A stretch of DNA of 64,000 nucleotides from positions 101,310,001 to 101,374,000 of the forward strand of contig NW_024704743.1 in the NCBI RefSeq assembly GCF_018977255.1, in the 5' to 3' direction. Below, in pieces: positions 35,637 to 50,100 of this stretch; within the stretch, counting starts at the first letter, position 1; each line of letters starts with the position of its first letter. The notes under the pieces were generated by a model. It was not told where the DNA came from, did no database searches, and was given only the letters and a program-made list of their open reading frames with translations. The translations under genes and the position numbers were made by a program. This DNA is from Callorhinchus milii (lineage: Eukaryota).

Positions 35637-38600
35637 CTGCAGGAACTGAAGTAATGCACTTTTTAAAAACATGCAATCTCTTCCCATCAATCAATTGTTT
35701 TACACTGAGATTCTATTGTGATTGCACTGTTTGCTGCTTGACATTTCTGAGGATAGTGGCTGAAAATTAATACAATGTACAAAAAGCTTGATCCTGCAAT
35801 AGGAGCCAAATAATTGACTATCAATAGATGACTCCACTCCAATGTGATATAATTACTAGTAGATAGAGACCTCACAATGTAGCTTTCAAGCTTAGCTAGA
35901 GATCACAGAATGTGGGATCCTATCAGGTGATTATGTTGGTCAGCCAACCAATCTAACTACAAAATAAATGGCTTATCAAAAAATATATATCAGGAACCGA
36001 GATAGCGGGCACAAGAAAATGCAGCAAGATAAATTATATAGTGTAGCTAGTGCATACCTGCTTTGTCTGGAATAATGGGAGATTTTGTTGACTGACTAAT
36101 GTTTTCGGAAGCTCAGAATATTTTAATGGGTTGGCACGAGAAAATGACTATCTCAGTGAGATAAGGCAATTCAGCAGCACAGAAACATGCTCCGATTGTG
36201 ACTTTTGACCTGTGCAGAACATGAACCAGTAAGCGACCTTCTGTGAATCTGCAGATCTTGGCTACTAGGCGTGGAATAGTGCAATTACTGTGCAATCCCT
36301 TTTCAGGAATAAATATACATTAGGTACAGATTTGAACAAATGTCTCTAGAACAGCACGACCGTAACTAGCAGTGCAGTTTCCATTATTTCACAACAAGAA
36401 TTTTTTTCGTTGGTGTAATACTCTGTGACTACATAATATTTAAGTATAGCTCAGCATCGCCTTTAACAAATATTCGCCCACAAAACATACACTCAATTTA
36501 CTTCACAGTATATATTCTGTGAAGCGCTTTGAGATGTCTAGAAGATGTGATAAGGTGCTATATCAAATGCAAGTATTATCATTATTATTCTCAATATTTC
36601 TTCATTTTAAAATTATGATGATGGGAAGAATTCTACCTGGGTACAGATTTAATCCATTATTGTTGCATGTTACAACTTCCAGAATTTGACGTACTGAAAC
36701 ACTGTTTTAAATTTGAAACCATTTTTTCCTGAAGTTTCCTTCAAGATCTAAAGAAAACTGACTTAAAAGTTAAGGTTGATTTCAGCAATTGGTTGAATTC
36801 TGAACGCTCTAAAATGCAACAGTGCATTACTCCCCATAGAGCAAATCTAGACTCAGATGGAATGTCTACCCCCAAATTGGAGGAACTGAATATGTTTAAG
36901 CACTAAACAGTAAGCACCACCAGGTCAAGCTTCCAGAAGTTGTCAAATTCTTAAACAGTCTTTCATTTTTGAAGCAGAAAACGTCAGAGTTTTCGGAGTT
37001 AAAACGGAACACTCGGAACTGCTATGTTGATAGAGTAAATCTAGACTCAGGTGAACTTTCTGTTCAAATATATTTCAATTCAGACACAAAAAGATTCACT
37101 CTTATTAAAAAAGAATTATCAATCCTGGTCAACAATCCTCCAAATTCAATTCAATTAGGAGGATTACATTTTGCTATTTGTGATTAAATTTGGCTGTTTG
37201 GCAAAATTAAATTTGGCTATTTGTTTATCTTGGCTACGCACAAATCAGTTGTCATGTTCATCACTAAAATACACAGTCACTACACTTGACAGTAAGAATT
37301 AAAAGCACTTTGAGATGTTTCAACAGTTATAGTTGCTGCACTTAATGGAAGGACTATTATTTTTATATAACTCTATACTGCTTTCTATAACGCAGCTTCT
37401 CAATGGACAGTGTCTTTACCAACTGAGCCATGGAGGAAACATTAATTATTATTTAAATAGGTCAAACACAAATACAAGTGGAGAGTGCCATGACTGCAGG
37501 GTGTCTGCAAATTATCTGTAGCATCTTTTCTGTGCACAAATCAGAGTGGTTGAATAAATGAGAATACGCCCACAATATCCTTGACCTCTCCTTGGAAGCT
37601 AAATTCCTGATACCCGGAATTATCTTTGTGTCCATGTACCCTCTCAAGGGCAAAACTAATCTCCCATAGATTTAACAAACTGCATTCTGTACTTCATTTA
37701 GTGAATAACAAATGTCTTCTACATCAACTAAAAACAGCTTGTTTCTGTTTGATGCTTTATGCTGTTCCTGTGGAAGATGGTAGGATGGATATTCTGGAGG
37801 AAAAGTTTAAATGGGCTGAAGATCCTTCTTCATTCAAACCAACTTTTTAAATCCATATGTCAAAATAATCCAATACCCTGTCTGCTGTTGTTATTGAGGT
37901 CATGCTGACTTGATTTCAAAATGTATCTACATTAACCCTTCGAGCCCCAACATTTCTCATATTCTTAGACATAAGACATTTCCTGGCAGAATGACAGGGC
38001 TTCAGATTGGTTTTGCAACGTGGCTCAATATTGGTGTGAGAGGTATCACAATTAGGAATTGGAACACAATCTATTTTTTGAAGTCGGCAACAGCATTAAG
38101 GATTCCCACGACAAATATAACATGGGTCAGATGTTGCTAAAGCTAACAGTAAGCAGCCTTATCATTCTGCTCTCATTACAATCTCTGAAGAATTCCACTA
38201 GCTATTCTAGGACAACCATCTAGGCCTGAGCACTTAGGGCCAATTATATGTTTCTTATTATTTTACCCTGGAATAATATGGGTTTCATCCCGATTAACCA
38301 GATCAACAATAGAAAATAAATATTAATCAGAAATTAGAACTTCAAGGGCACACTAGGGTCTCCAACTTACAATAACACTCATCATCTCAAATATAAAAAA
38401 AATCGTCCTTGTGAGGGGAGGTAAGCAGGGTCTCTTTGGAGCTGAGCTGTCTCCAAGATGATGTTTTTGCCCATGGAATGCTGGAATCAAGTCAAGCCTT
38501 TGTGACGGACTATGTAGTCCGGTTGCTGAGACAGGCAGGTCTGCATTACTCCAGGCACTGCTGGTGACAGCCTGGTTCAATGGCAAGAATTGGATGGGCA

Positions 38601-39032
38601 GTCACTCTGGGCAATGATTCTTCCCACACAGCTCCTGACGTGGACTGCTGAACATTCGCACATTCGCGTCTGTGCTAAAATAATATTTTTTTCTCTAAAA
38701 CTACTGAGTACAACAACAACAAATTCCATTTATATAGTGCTTTTCACGGCTGGAAGACGTTCCAAGGCACTGACTAGCAAATTTTATGGGGTAGCCATAA
38801 ATCAAGAAATATTTAATCTAGAATATTTTATTTGGTTGACCGACCAAAAAGTACCACTGCACTACAGCATCAATTTGTTTCTTAAATGACTTCTGTCGAA
38901 GATCCTGGCCTCAATCACTTCCTGTGGTTGTCCCACTTCTCAATCATTTTCTGTGCAGAGTACACTACTGCAAAATAGCAAATTAAAAATAAGACCAAAT
39001 TCACTTTTAAAGTAAAATATTACATATAACAA

Positions 39033-39312
39033 TTTTTTTGGTCTGCTGGGTATCTAACACATGTGGAAACCCATCACCATGTTAGAGAGTATCCAAACCA
39101 AGCTGATATTTCCAGGCATCCCACCTACACTTGGAAATTCCTGAGATACATTGTTGGAATGGAATGCACACTCTCTCCCTGGGGGGATGCGTCCTGCTTA
39201 CCTAATTCAAGAAAGTATTAGGCGCAGGTTGGCTGGAGCCAAAGCTTGGGGACCCCAGAGTGTGGGTTGGGGTACTGCTGGAGTCTAACCAGCTAAAACC
39301 GCATAGCTTGCC
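39033..39312. repeat. Unclassified dispersed repeat, copy 3
   Basis: Collinear with 3113-3385. Confidence 0.85.
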
Positions 39313-39472
39313 ATTGATATTGCTGTCTGTCTAACTATAACATATTAACATAATCATCTAGGAGGTATAAAATTACAATGCCTCACAAAGCAAATATTTA
39401 AAAATATTTACTTATAAGTACTGAAGCATCTTTAAAAATTGTGAACAGTTCCTACTATTTCCACACCGAGGA

Positions 39473-39513
39473 AATTGTCTCTTAATTGTCTCTTAATACT
39501 AATTGTCTCTTAA
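39473..39513. repeat. Short tandem repeat (aattgtctctt) x3
   Basis: aattgtctctt-aattgtctctt-aatact-aattgtctctt. Confidence 0.9.
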
Positions 39514-40221
39514 TAGAGTAACGGATTAAGTCTGTTCAATAAATTGTAATTACCATTCAGTTCTGTTTCACAGCTCCTTGGGATCAAGCATCCCCTGTAT
39601 AAAATCAGCAGTCATATGTCTAAGTTTTACTAGAAGTAGTATAAAACAAAGCTAAATTATTCTGCCCTTCAAATGTATTGTATCTTCAGGCTGCAGGCAG
39701 TGTAATTGGAAAGACCAACACGGTACATGTGACTATTAGGATAAAGGTTAAATACATTTACAATATAACAGATTTTCCTGTTTTTGTTTTAACAAGCTTG
39801 AAACATTGGCTAAAATTTAAACAGACATTTTTAAAGGCTTTTTCCCAGGGGGACAATTTTGCCTTAATTGGCAGCTATCCAAAAGATTTTTTTAAAAAAG
39901 GCTGCATCATGGGCCTTGATATGTTATCTAATGAAGGCAAAATACCTTGTGTTACAACATGTTGTAATATTTTACTTCTGCAGTTGCAGTCCTGGAGTGT
40001 ATTGTATCAAATTAGTCCTTAATTCCTTGCATACTTGACCAAAAATCTGCACTTGTGTTTCAATATCTCAAGGCTGAGAATGACCATGTGAACATAATGA
40101 GCACATTATTATAACAGCAGTGTTCTTTGTGAACCTTGTACATTTTAAGTGATAGGATGTTTCACAAGATAAGACACAAACATTTTACAAATGCAGAGCA
40201 GCAACAACTTGCACTTATAAT

Positions 40222-40436
40222 GCCCCAAATTGCATTTGGTCTTAACCTGCAAAGCCATTTCACCTAAAAATGTAAGATCATGCAGAATTGTGGAATGTTC
40301 CCCAAACTCAGTCCTTATTTGTAAAATGGTTTTTCGTGTCTCAAAAAGAACAGGTTTCTAAATTTAAAAGGATTTTCCACAATACTGCATGATCTTAAAT
40401 TTTAAGAAAGACTAATACTAGCTGGAATTTTGGGCC
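40222..40436. mobile_element. Palindromic MITE (family P), complete
   Basis: Ends gccccaaattgca ... tggaattttgggc. Internal inverted pair taagatcatgcagaattgtggaa / ttccacaatactgcatgatctta. Confidence 0.75.
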
Positions 40437-40444
40437 AAAGAGCC

Positions 40445-40750
40445 TTTCACATAAGGTGAAAGTCTTGAAGTGCTTCACAGAGCTGATAGGGAGCACTGAG
40501 CAGGGAGGAGAGGAAGTGGTATTCAAGGGTGTTGCCCAAAGACACGGTCAAACAGATTTTCAGAGGGATTTTGAAGGGGAAGAATGAACAAGGTGAAGGG
40601 ATTTCTAGAGAGTTCCAGAGAGCAGAGGCAAGGTAGCTTAAGGTGTGCACAACAATGATAGGACAGAGAGAGTGAGGAATGAGTAACATTACCAGGTTGG
40701 AAGAGGTAGCATAAGTAGAGAGGGGTGAGACTTTGAAGCAATTTGAAAGT
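40445..40750 (-). mobile_element. Old L2 LINE 3' fragment
   Basis: Minus frames give TFKLLQSLTPLYL and ASALWNSL. Confidence 0.75.
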
Positions 40751-41434
40751 CAAAAGAGGATCTTATAAGTTGAGTTGCAGTGAAGCTTGGAGGTGGGAAA
40801 TGGGTATGTGGTGCTGAGTGTATGAGAAGATACCATTTTGCAGGATTTTTGATGGAACTGACAAAAACAGGATTCCTTTACAAAAAAAACATTGATACTG
40901 TAATGTCCCAATTTTAATCTAGTCTTCACAATTTGCAAAATGATACATTTTCTCTTTTAATTTTCTCATTGAAAAAACAGCATGTGTTAAGATTAAAACT
41001 ACAGCTTTTCTAACAGAAGAAATGAATGGAACGCCTATCCTGATAATCTTCCAAGATTCCCCCACTGTCTAACAGCTATCCAGCTTGTTATAAGGAAAGA
41101 GGGAGAATCTCTTGGTTGTCTCCTAGCTGCAAGCTACAGAACACACTGATAATGGGCCTGGGAGCACAGTGTGTATCTGACTGCAGCTGGGATGCTGTCT
41201 AGAGTTGAGAGAATGCTGAAGAAAATAACAAATACCTCACAAAAAACAGCATCCACACAATCTAAATGCATCTGTTGCCACTCTACAAAACAGTACTTGC
41301 AGCTCTTGGCAAGACAAGTTTATTCTCACTGTGACCAGTTTATTCAAGGATATATCTGTTTGAAAAAATATGGGGTTATACTGACCTTTCCTATGAAAAG
41401 ATCTCGTGAACACTTTTTGACAATCTTTACACCC

Positions 41435-41760
41435 ACGTTTAAATCTCTTCACACCCTCGCCATACTTCACTTCTGGGACCTCCTGCAACCTTGTTGCTAC
41501 AGCCGCTCCCTCCGGTGAGTTAACATCGGCCTGCTTCGCAACCCCTATCAGACCCGCTCCAACATCGATAGGTGAGCTTTCAGCCACTCTGCCCCTCTCT
41601 TGAACTCCATCCCTGTGCCTCACTCCCTCCCTCCACCTTTAAAGACTGCTTTTAGCCCTAACATCTTGATTGCGCTTTTGGTCTTCTCCCCAACCCCCTA
41701 CCAATTCCCCCCAACCCAGCTCAGCTCCCAGTCAGCTATATGAAGCACCTTGAGACATCC
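41435..41760 (+). mobile_element. Old L2 LINE 3' fragment
   Basis: TFKSLHTLA...DLLQP...RSLR followed by a C-rich 3' UTR. Confidence 0.75.
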
Positions 41761-41774
41761 TTATAATTCTCCCA

Positions 41775-42130
41775 ATCCTCAGAAGATAGAGTACAAAATC
41801 TTTGTCCTCACCTTCAAGGCCCTCCACAGCCTTGCTCCTTCCTACCTCTGTGACCTGCTAACCCCATATCAACCTATCTGCTCCCTCGTCTCAGCAGGCT
41901 CCGGCCTTTGGCCTCTCTGCCCTCACCCTTTGGAACTCCATTCCACAGTCCCCTCACCTCGCTCCCTCCCTTACTTCCTTCAAGGCACATCTCAAGACCC
42001 TCCTCTTCGACCATGCCTTCAGCCACCCTCCACCCTCCCTGATCCCAACCCCTCCCCTTGCTCGGGTCCAAATCCCTGACTGTCCAGTGCCTTGGGACGT
42101 CCTCCCAACTTGAAAGGCGCAAAACAAATA
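41775..42130 (+). mobile_element. L2 LINE 3' fragment
   Basis: PQKIEYKIFVLTFKALHSLAPSYLCDLLTPY. Same subfamily as 11486 and 51846. Confidence 0.9.
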
Positions 42131-42404
42131 TAATTTTGCAATGTAATGTGAAAATCGATATATAAATATAAGTTGTTATTTTTGATAAAGGGCTCAGTTT
42201 ATGCTTATTTGTAAACAGAGGCATTTCACATAATTTACTCACACATATATACAATATACATCTAGAACTGAATCCCTTCATTGTGTTAAACACAAAAAAA
42301 ATTAAAAAATGGATATTGAGAAGTTTTTGTCAATATCATGGTTGTTTGCAGTTGCTTTTGAGAGGATACCTTGCAGATAGAATTTCATTGCAACAACAAA
42401 TTTA

Positions 42405-42610
42405 TGTTAAGTAAATAGTATTTTTCATGTTTGGAGGATGTCCTAAAGCGCTGGACAGTCCAGGGTAGGCATCCAAGTTGGGAGTGGGAACCGGGGTGGG
42501 GGAGGGGTAAAAAGGATGGGACTGAGGGGCTGGAGGCGGAGGGGAAAATGACCGAAGACACAGTCAAAGAGGAGGGTCTTCAGTTAGATCTTGAAAGATG
42601 CGAGGGAATG
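42405..42610 (-). mobile_element. L2 LINE 3' tail
   Basis: caacaacaaatt...ggaggatgtcctaaagcgctggacagtc...gtcaaagaggagggtctt. Confidence 0.75.
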
Positions 42611-43035
42611 AGAGAGTCATATGAATTCCCAAATAATAAAGATAAAACACAACTGTTTGTGCGACATTGTTGTGCGCAAATAGGCTCCCAATTTAATCTA
42701 CAAATACACTGCGGAAAATCTCTTGAAGCTCTCCGAGATGTTCAACAAAGTTATCTCTGGATCAAATAAAAGAACAGTTATATTATCAAATACAATTTTG
42801 CTATTTTAGCAATTTACACAATTAAATCTGAAAAGAAATCTCACCTTTTTAACCCCATTTATGTTGTTATGATGAGTACAATAATCTATGCAAGTGTCTA
42901 ACTTCTATTTGTATTGTAGCTTCCTTCTACAAGCTAATAAAATCCCAAATGGGAAAAATATACGTGCTCAATGAAAATAAAAGGTTGATTTATAACACGC
43001 ATACACTATTCGTGTAGTATGATTGTAAAATGTAC

Positions 43036-43340
43036 CTTAGTGGTTAGAGCACTCGCTTTGCAAGTGAGAGACCTGAGTTCAATTCCAGGCAGGGCGAAAC
43101 CTTGGGCAAGTTTCCTTACTCCACACGCCTAATAATAATCCCTCCAAAACCAAAAACAATAATAAATTGGTCATTTTCAATCTACGACCGTTTGTGGGAC
43201 ATTACTGTGCGCAATTGGCTGCCGCGTTCGCCCACAAATATACAGTCAATTCACTTTACAGTGTGTTCTGTGAAGCGCTTTGGGACGTCCTCCGATGTGA
43301 AAAGCGCTATATCATATGCAAGGATTATTATTATTATTAC
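43036..43340 (+). mobile_element. Young family A SINE, slightly 5' truncated
   Basis: Nearly identical to 30846-31172. Confidence 0.92.
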
Positions 43341-45987
43341 TATTAAAATATTATTTGTGTATTATGATACATGTTATAATCAACTCTTCCTTTCATTCAA
43401 TTCTGCATGCAGAGTTTAAAAGAAAAGCAATGTGTGAGGTACTTTTATGATTAAATATATGCTACTTTTTACCTGCTGGATTGGTGTCAGAGAAAACGTC
43501 ACATTCTATCTAATCCTTTCTATCTTCATTGTGTTAGTGATGCCTATTCAGCAAAATCATTTGTCTCAACGATTGAATAAGTCCAAACACTAGAGTTTGC
43601 CTAAATCCACTAATCCCTAACTAGAACATTCCAGGCCTGAATGATCTTTTGCTCTTAGCCTTAAAACTATTGCGTTAATATTCAAAGTTGTGCAGGATTC
43701 CAGAAAGCTCTTGCATTTCTTTTTGACAACTGCAAAAAGAAGGATTCTAAATTAAGCCTGAATTTCAGAATTTTCCAAAACTTTGCATAACCTGTAATGT
43801 TAATTCAATGGGCTTAATGCTGATATCATGAGACATTTTGGACCTCATGTTTGGAAAATTTGAATGACAAACGAATATAATGACTTGGTTGCACTTGGGT
43901 TCAAACTAAAACCTTTCCTTATATCTTGTGCCCCAAATCAGAAAACTGTAGTTCTGATACTGATGATGTTGACTAATGGGTACAACAGTGGGTCACACGT
44001 AAAATAAATTCTCAGAGAAGTGAAGCCTCTTTGTAGGAACCAGGCAGATGAGGAGGTGTTTACTTGCTCTGTTAAAGATTATCCAGTGTTTAATAATGAC
44101 GCCAACATTCTCCTAAAACCTGGCAGCCAGGCTATGATACAATCCAATTGAATTTGGATCTAGCTAGCCAAGCCTCACCCAGAAACCTACAGATTCAAGG
44201 CTCGTCTTGCATACCAATACCCTGGCTACAAAGGAATGAGTTGGATTTGGAAGAATGTTGAGAATTTTAACATTTGATTTTCTGTCATATAAAGTGCCCA
44301 GAAAGTGCAACACGTTTCACATTTATACTGCGCATAACTTTGCAAAAGTAACAATTTTTTTCTTTTCTTTATTCCATTTCTGCTCATTTCAACTCATGTC
44401 ATTTCAGGTTATTCCATCCTACCTTGCAAATGTCATTACTTATATTGAATAGACTATAGACATCCCCATCACTTCCTATAGTAGTAATTGGGCAGAAATA
44501 ATGGATTAGGAAGAGTAGCTGCAGAGGTGCTATTTGAATTCATGCACCGCTACAGTGCTGACTGGCTCAAGAATCTTTCAGTTAATCAATGCTTGTGAAA
44601 AAATATTTTAGTACAAAGAATTCTTAAACCAATCATGATCTTATTGTTTTACTAATTCACCTGCAATAGTTCACCTATTGATTACACAGTCATTACACTT
44701 TACAGTAAATTCTGTGAAGGGCTTTGAGACATCTTACTGATCAGCCCTATATCAAATGCAAGGATGATTATTATTATTGTTTTAATTATTATTATTGGAA
44801 TGTTAGAAACTATTTTTCATGCAGATCTCGATGTCTTTTGGAAAATAGATATATTTCAATAAGATTAATTTTTCTGATTACAGGTTTATTTAGAACTTAG
44901 CAAACAAGCTGGACATAATTGTTATCTAGTGCCTTTTATGTACTATAACATTTCAAAATGTTTTACGTAGATTGTGTGAGATACCAAGCAAGTGAGCAGC
45001 AACACAGGTGCATATATGGATTGTAACCAAAAGCATGGTTAAAAAGATATACTTTTTAAAAGGACATGAAGTTGGCACATGTTTGTGGAGTGAAGGCAAT
45101 AGGTGGGAGAGTGGAACTGTGGGAGTTTAAAGAGGTACAGTGGGGCAAGGGTGAGGTGGCATTTGCAAGCCACATTTTCCCCCTAACGTGCACTATGTTT
45201 TTTAGGACAAGTAAAAGGGGTTGTTGTGTTGGACAGTTAAAAAAATAATCAGAAACATCTGAAGAGTTTCAAGTTTCAGGAGGATCAGCACAACTAAAAT
45301 CCCAATGATGTAATAATCCTGCCTAATATCTCAATCCATGTCTCTTAATGTATCACAGGAAGAATGAACTGTTGTCACCCTTGCAAACTTTAACCTTCTT
45401 CACTTGTTAATCTGCCATACGGTGCCCTGCTGTCGATTGAAAGGTAATAAAAACATTAACCCATACATAAAATTTGGCCTCACGTTTTTTTATCTCTGTT
45501 CTTTTCATAGATAATCATATGAATGAACTGGGAAGAGATTTTCGGGTAGAACTCATGTGTGGACTCAAAATACCCTGAAGGCAATAAAGTGGGTGTGTCA
45601 GCATTGTTCCACCTCACTCATATCCCCAGCTGAGAACTGTCGAAAGTCAGTGTACATAGGGCTGTTGTACTCAAGTCCAATGACAACTGGTGTCAAATAT
45701 AACTCTTAATTAGAAATTTTGGCAAGTAAATCATTACTCTATGTCTGATTTTGGATGTCTAATTGATTCCCATACACTACTTACTAATTGCATCAGAATT
45801 TGGCTTCTTGATCTAACCAGCAGAAATCACCATTGTTTCAGCAGATCTGACAAACAGAAAGTTGTGAGATACAATCAATTGGGAATTAAAGTATTTGGTC
45901 ACGTCAGTACTTTGAGCTGTTTTCTTTACATTCTTTGGAAATAGCAGCCCAAATACAGAAATATAATTGTGCTCAGGAATTGTGATA

Positions 45988-46400
45988 TAATAATGCCTGC
46001 ATTTCACACAGCGCCTTATCCCTTCATCAAAAGACTCAAAGTACTTCACAGGATTTTACTTTCAAGTGCAGCAACTGTATATTTTGGATGCAAATGAGGT
46101 AGCCAAATTGCACACATCAATGTCCCACACAAAAGATATGAAGTGAATCATCAACTTTATCTGGAGAAATGTTACCCAAGACACTCAGGGAAACTTCCTC
46201 CACTTTTTGAATACTGACATGGGATTTTAAACATCCACCTGAACAATATCTCATCGGAAGCATGGCATTTCCAACAATGCTGCACACAACCCAGACATCT
46301 CATTGGAGTGTCAGCGTAGATTATATGATCTCCGTGTCCTGATGTCCCCATAACCTATTGACGTGGAGGTAAAAGTGCTATCAAATGAGCCAGGCTAACA
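45988..46400 (-). mobile_element. SINE family B
   Basis: Reverse tail, gccaaattgcacac, cattggagtgtcagcgtagattat and tgagccaggctaaca. Confidence 0.8.
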
Positions 46401-46579
46401 TATTTGAACTGGTTGATTGCCCATTCAATTACATAGTCTGCTTAAATGCATAGAAGTATCTGGTTCTTAGCATCATACAATTATGGCAGCAATGTTCTTG
46501 GTATCAACTAATTTGCTATGATAAAATTTCCAAATGAAGTTAAAATTAAAATTAATTTATTGTAGACAGTTACACAACA

Positions 46580-46755
46580 ACATCAAAACATTTGAAATAA
46601 AATTGAATACATATTTGAAGAGGAAGAAAATGGAAGGGTCCTGGGAAAGTTAAAGAGAAGAGAATTGGGATTTGAGTAGATAGCTTATACCAAAAAAGGT
46701 TCAATTGCTAGAAAGTAGTCCTTCTGTACACAAATTTCTATTTTTCTATGATTCA
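46580..46755 (+). mobile_element. Old CR1-type 3' fragment
   Basis: catttgaaataaaattgaatacatatttgaagagg ... ccttctgtac...ttctatttttctatgatt. Confidence 0.5.
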
Positions 46756-46896
46756 CAGCATTATTGTACGGATACAGAAACTGTAAAAGTTTGGTTAGAA
46801 ATCAAGTAACTATTCATTTCTATTAAATATTTAAACATGAATCAACAGTACTCAGTAGGGGTAAAAAGAAATTCAATTTTGGGGAGTTTAATCTAC

Positions 46897-47110
46897 TTTA
46901 GAATCATAGAACATTACAACAAAGAAGGCCATTCAGCTCATTGTGTCGTTGCGGGCACTCTGAAAGAGCAATCAATTCGATCCATTTATCTGTCTTTTCT
47001 TCGTACCCTGCAAAATATTCCCTTTAGGATATCTGTCCAGTTCCCTCTTGAAATCTAATATGGATCCTGCCTCATCCACTGCTCCTGGCAGAGCGTTTCA
47101 CATCCGAGCA
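46897..47110 (-). mobile_element. CR1-type 3' fragment
   Basis: tagaatcatagaacattacaacaaagaaggccattcagctcattgtgtc...ctggcagagcgtttcaca. Confidence 0.65.
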
Positions 47111-50100
47111 ACAATTTGCATTTATATAACGCCCTTGACGTGGGGTAGCATTTCATAGCGCTGTTTCCGTGCAGTAACGTACAATATAGCCCTCATGTCC
47201 AAATCCCTTAATACTCTAGCACCCCACTAACTCTCTAACAATTTTCTGCCTAAAAAAATTGGTTTCTGAAAATTGAAAGGATGTTTGGAATTCAGTGTAT
47301 GAACTTGTAAAACAGGAAACAGATTTCCACGTGATGGAGTTCTACAGAGGTCAAATCATGGCAGCAGACAGCTTTCAAAAAAATTACTGTAGTGACCACA
47401 ATCGAGACTACCAAACAGGAAACATTTAATTAGGTATGGAAAGAAACAGGCCTCTTGTAGACTTGTTTAATATAAGTGCATAGTCAAGTTACAATGATTT
47501 TGCATTTGACACATGTAAGTGATTTATTCATAACCTGTGAAAACAAGTGTTCATTACAAATAAGAGCATCAGCACATGCCATTAAAGTCAGAGTTATTGC
47601 CATATAATCATGTTAAGGATGTGGAAAATATGTGTTATAAGTAGGTGAGCTATATACATATGACTTAGTGTGTGGAAAGACTTCAGAAATGTAGTGGCTG
47701 TAGAGACTGATCAGGAAGTACTAAGTAAATAGAGGATATCCCATGCAGTATTATTAATAGATTACTCCATAAGAAAGGGAGACTGGAAGTCTCAGACTGA
47801 AAGAGAACTGAACAACTCTGCAGAAAGTTGAGTTAACCTGGGTTCCCCAAATTGTCACTAAAACACAGAGACCTGCACAGTACTAGGATTTCAGGCATTG
47901 CTGACCAACTGGATTGGCTTTTGAGCTAAACCATCTAATCAAATTGTATGGGGGAGGTGTCCCCTGATGCAGCTATTAACTAGAATTGCTTCACGAATGG
48001 AGTGTCCCAAAATGTGCTCAATGTCTTTGATAATTAATTGTCAAATGGAGTTACACAGAGGTGCAACAACAACTTGTAGTGCCCTTCATGCAGGGTTGTA
48101 CGCTGAGCAAGGTCAGCTAGGTGAAAAGATTATGCTATCTGACCTGCAAATATGCTCCTTACAATTTCTGTCCTTTATTTTGGAAAACATAATGGGGAAA
48201 AATGCAATATATGTTGTGAACTTCCTTCCCCTCCACAAATTTTCTAAAGCAAAAAAAAATCACTGGTGATAATCATGGTATCACGCATCAACCACTCACC
48301 CCCACCCACTGTGTGTCATAAGGAGAATATTTTATGGATATTTCATGGCCAGTATTATAACTTAAGTCAAATTGCAAGGCAGTCCATGAACCACTGGTAA
48401 TTTTGCCTCTCAGTGGGATATTAATGTTACATTTCACCAGCCATAGTACACCCTCTGTATTTACAAGCATTTTATGATATTAGAAAATAATATAAGCTGT
48501 GCTGAGGAATATTATTTTATGTACCTTATCTTTTACTTTAAAAAATTCAAATGGTAAGATATAAGAGATATTTGTAGTTTCTGTTTTTAGTTTGAACCTT
48601 ATAACATTATGTTACTCCAGATGCCACTCAAATATCTCTCCACTTCTCTCAATCCACTAAAAGGGGATGGAATTGTTCATTTCCTTTACAAATGCTCTTT
48701 AGCATTCATTCAATCCATGACTGTTTGTGGGACACTCCTATGAGCAGTTGGCTGCCAAGTTTCGCTGACAAAAATATACAGTATATTCTGTGAATCGCTT
48801 TGAGATGTCTCAAAGACGTGATAAGACGCTATATCAAATTCTAGGATTATTATTATTGCCTACACAATAATGACATTATTATACTCAAATTTGATATAGC
48901 ACTCTTTACATCAGGAGAATATCTCAAAACACTTTGTATGATTCACTGTAATGACTGTATACTTTGTTGGCAAATGTTGTAATATTTAATGTTCTGCAAT
49001 ATTAAGGGTAAAGCAAAGAAAATATAATATTATGAAGATGTAAAACATTGAACATTGAGTTCTTTGTCATTTAAAAATAAGTTTTTAACTGAAATATTTT
49101 CAGTCTTTACATTCCAAAAAAAGGATGTAAAATCTCCAGATCATACACAGTTTGCCAGATCGGGCAAAGGAAAAAAGCAAAATCTAATGGACCGTATTTA
49201 ATAATCTAAGCAAATGCTTCCTGATTTAACTGTGAATAGCAAGTCTAGGAGGAATAAAGGAAACCACCACCATGGTCAGTGATGATCTATTAGAATGAGA
49301 AGATAAAGAGACAAAAATGATATCAGTAGATATTTCTTCAGTGGCATTGTTACAATCTATGTACCATTTATTTCACTTGTAGACTCAGAAAATTGTAGCA
49401 TCTTAGAAATTATTCTAAAACAGTTCACAGTTGGGTGCCAGTCTGGCTCAGTTGGTAGCAACCTCATCTCTGAGTCAGAAGGTTGTGGGTTCAAAGTCCC
49501 ACATCTCACAGGATTTCAATGTCCTGAGGCCTTTGAGCTAACAGTCCAGGCTAACCTTCCATTTCAGTGCTAGGGGAATGCTGAATTACCAGAGGTGCGT
49601 TAGACTTTAAAGATCCCATAGCACTATTTGAAAAGAGAAGATATTATTCAGGTCTGATTTGATCCATGTGCCGAGTTACCAATGATGTGAAATATTCTGC
49701 TCAGTCGAATGTGTATAAATAGTGACGCTTGTTCATTCAATGAATTCAATGAGACGCCATCCCCCTTGAACAGCACTATATAAATGCAGGTTGTGAATTA
49801 AACAGCACCAGACTGAATAGCAGAATAACAAGTTGAATGATATGTGAAATGCTGTTTTTAATTGTAATAATTTGTTGCTGTCACTTTAAAGAAGAAAAAT
49901 AGTAGAAACATACATTGTCATTTTAAGATTATTTTAAAGATTAAAAAAGGGAATGTACTCTTTAAATTACCACACAAATCATGGTGGCTAATTAATAATA
50001 GTAATAATAATCCTTACATTTGATGTAGCAGTTTATCACATAATTGAGATGTCTCAAAGCGCTTCACAGGATATACCGTAAAGTGGTGTGATTCGATGTA

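Noticed and set aside
41171..41518. 115-aa ORF
   Set aside because: It has a non-ATG start, its 3' end runs into an L2 remnant, and it has no recognisable domain.
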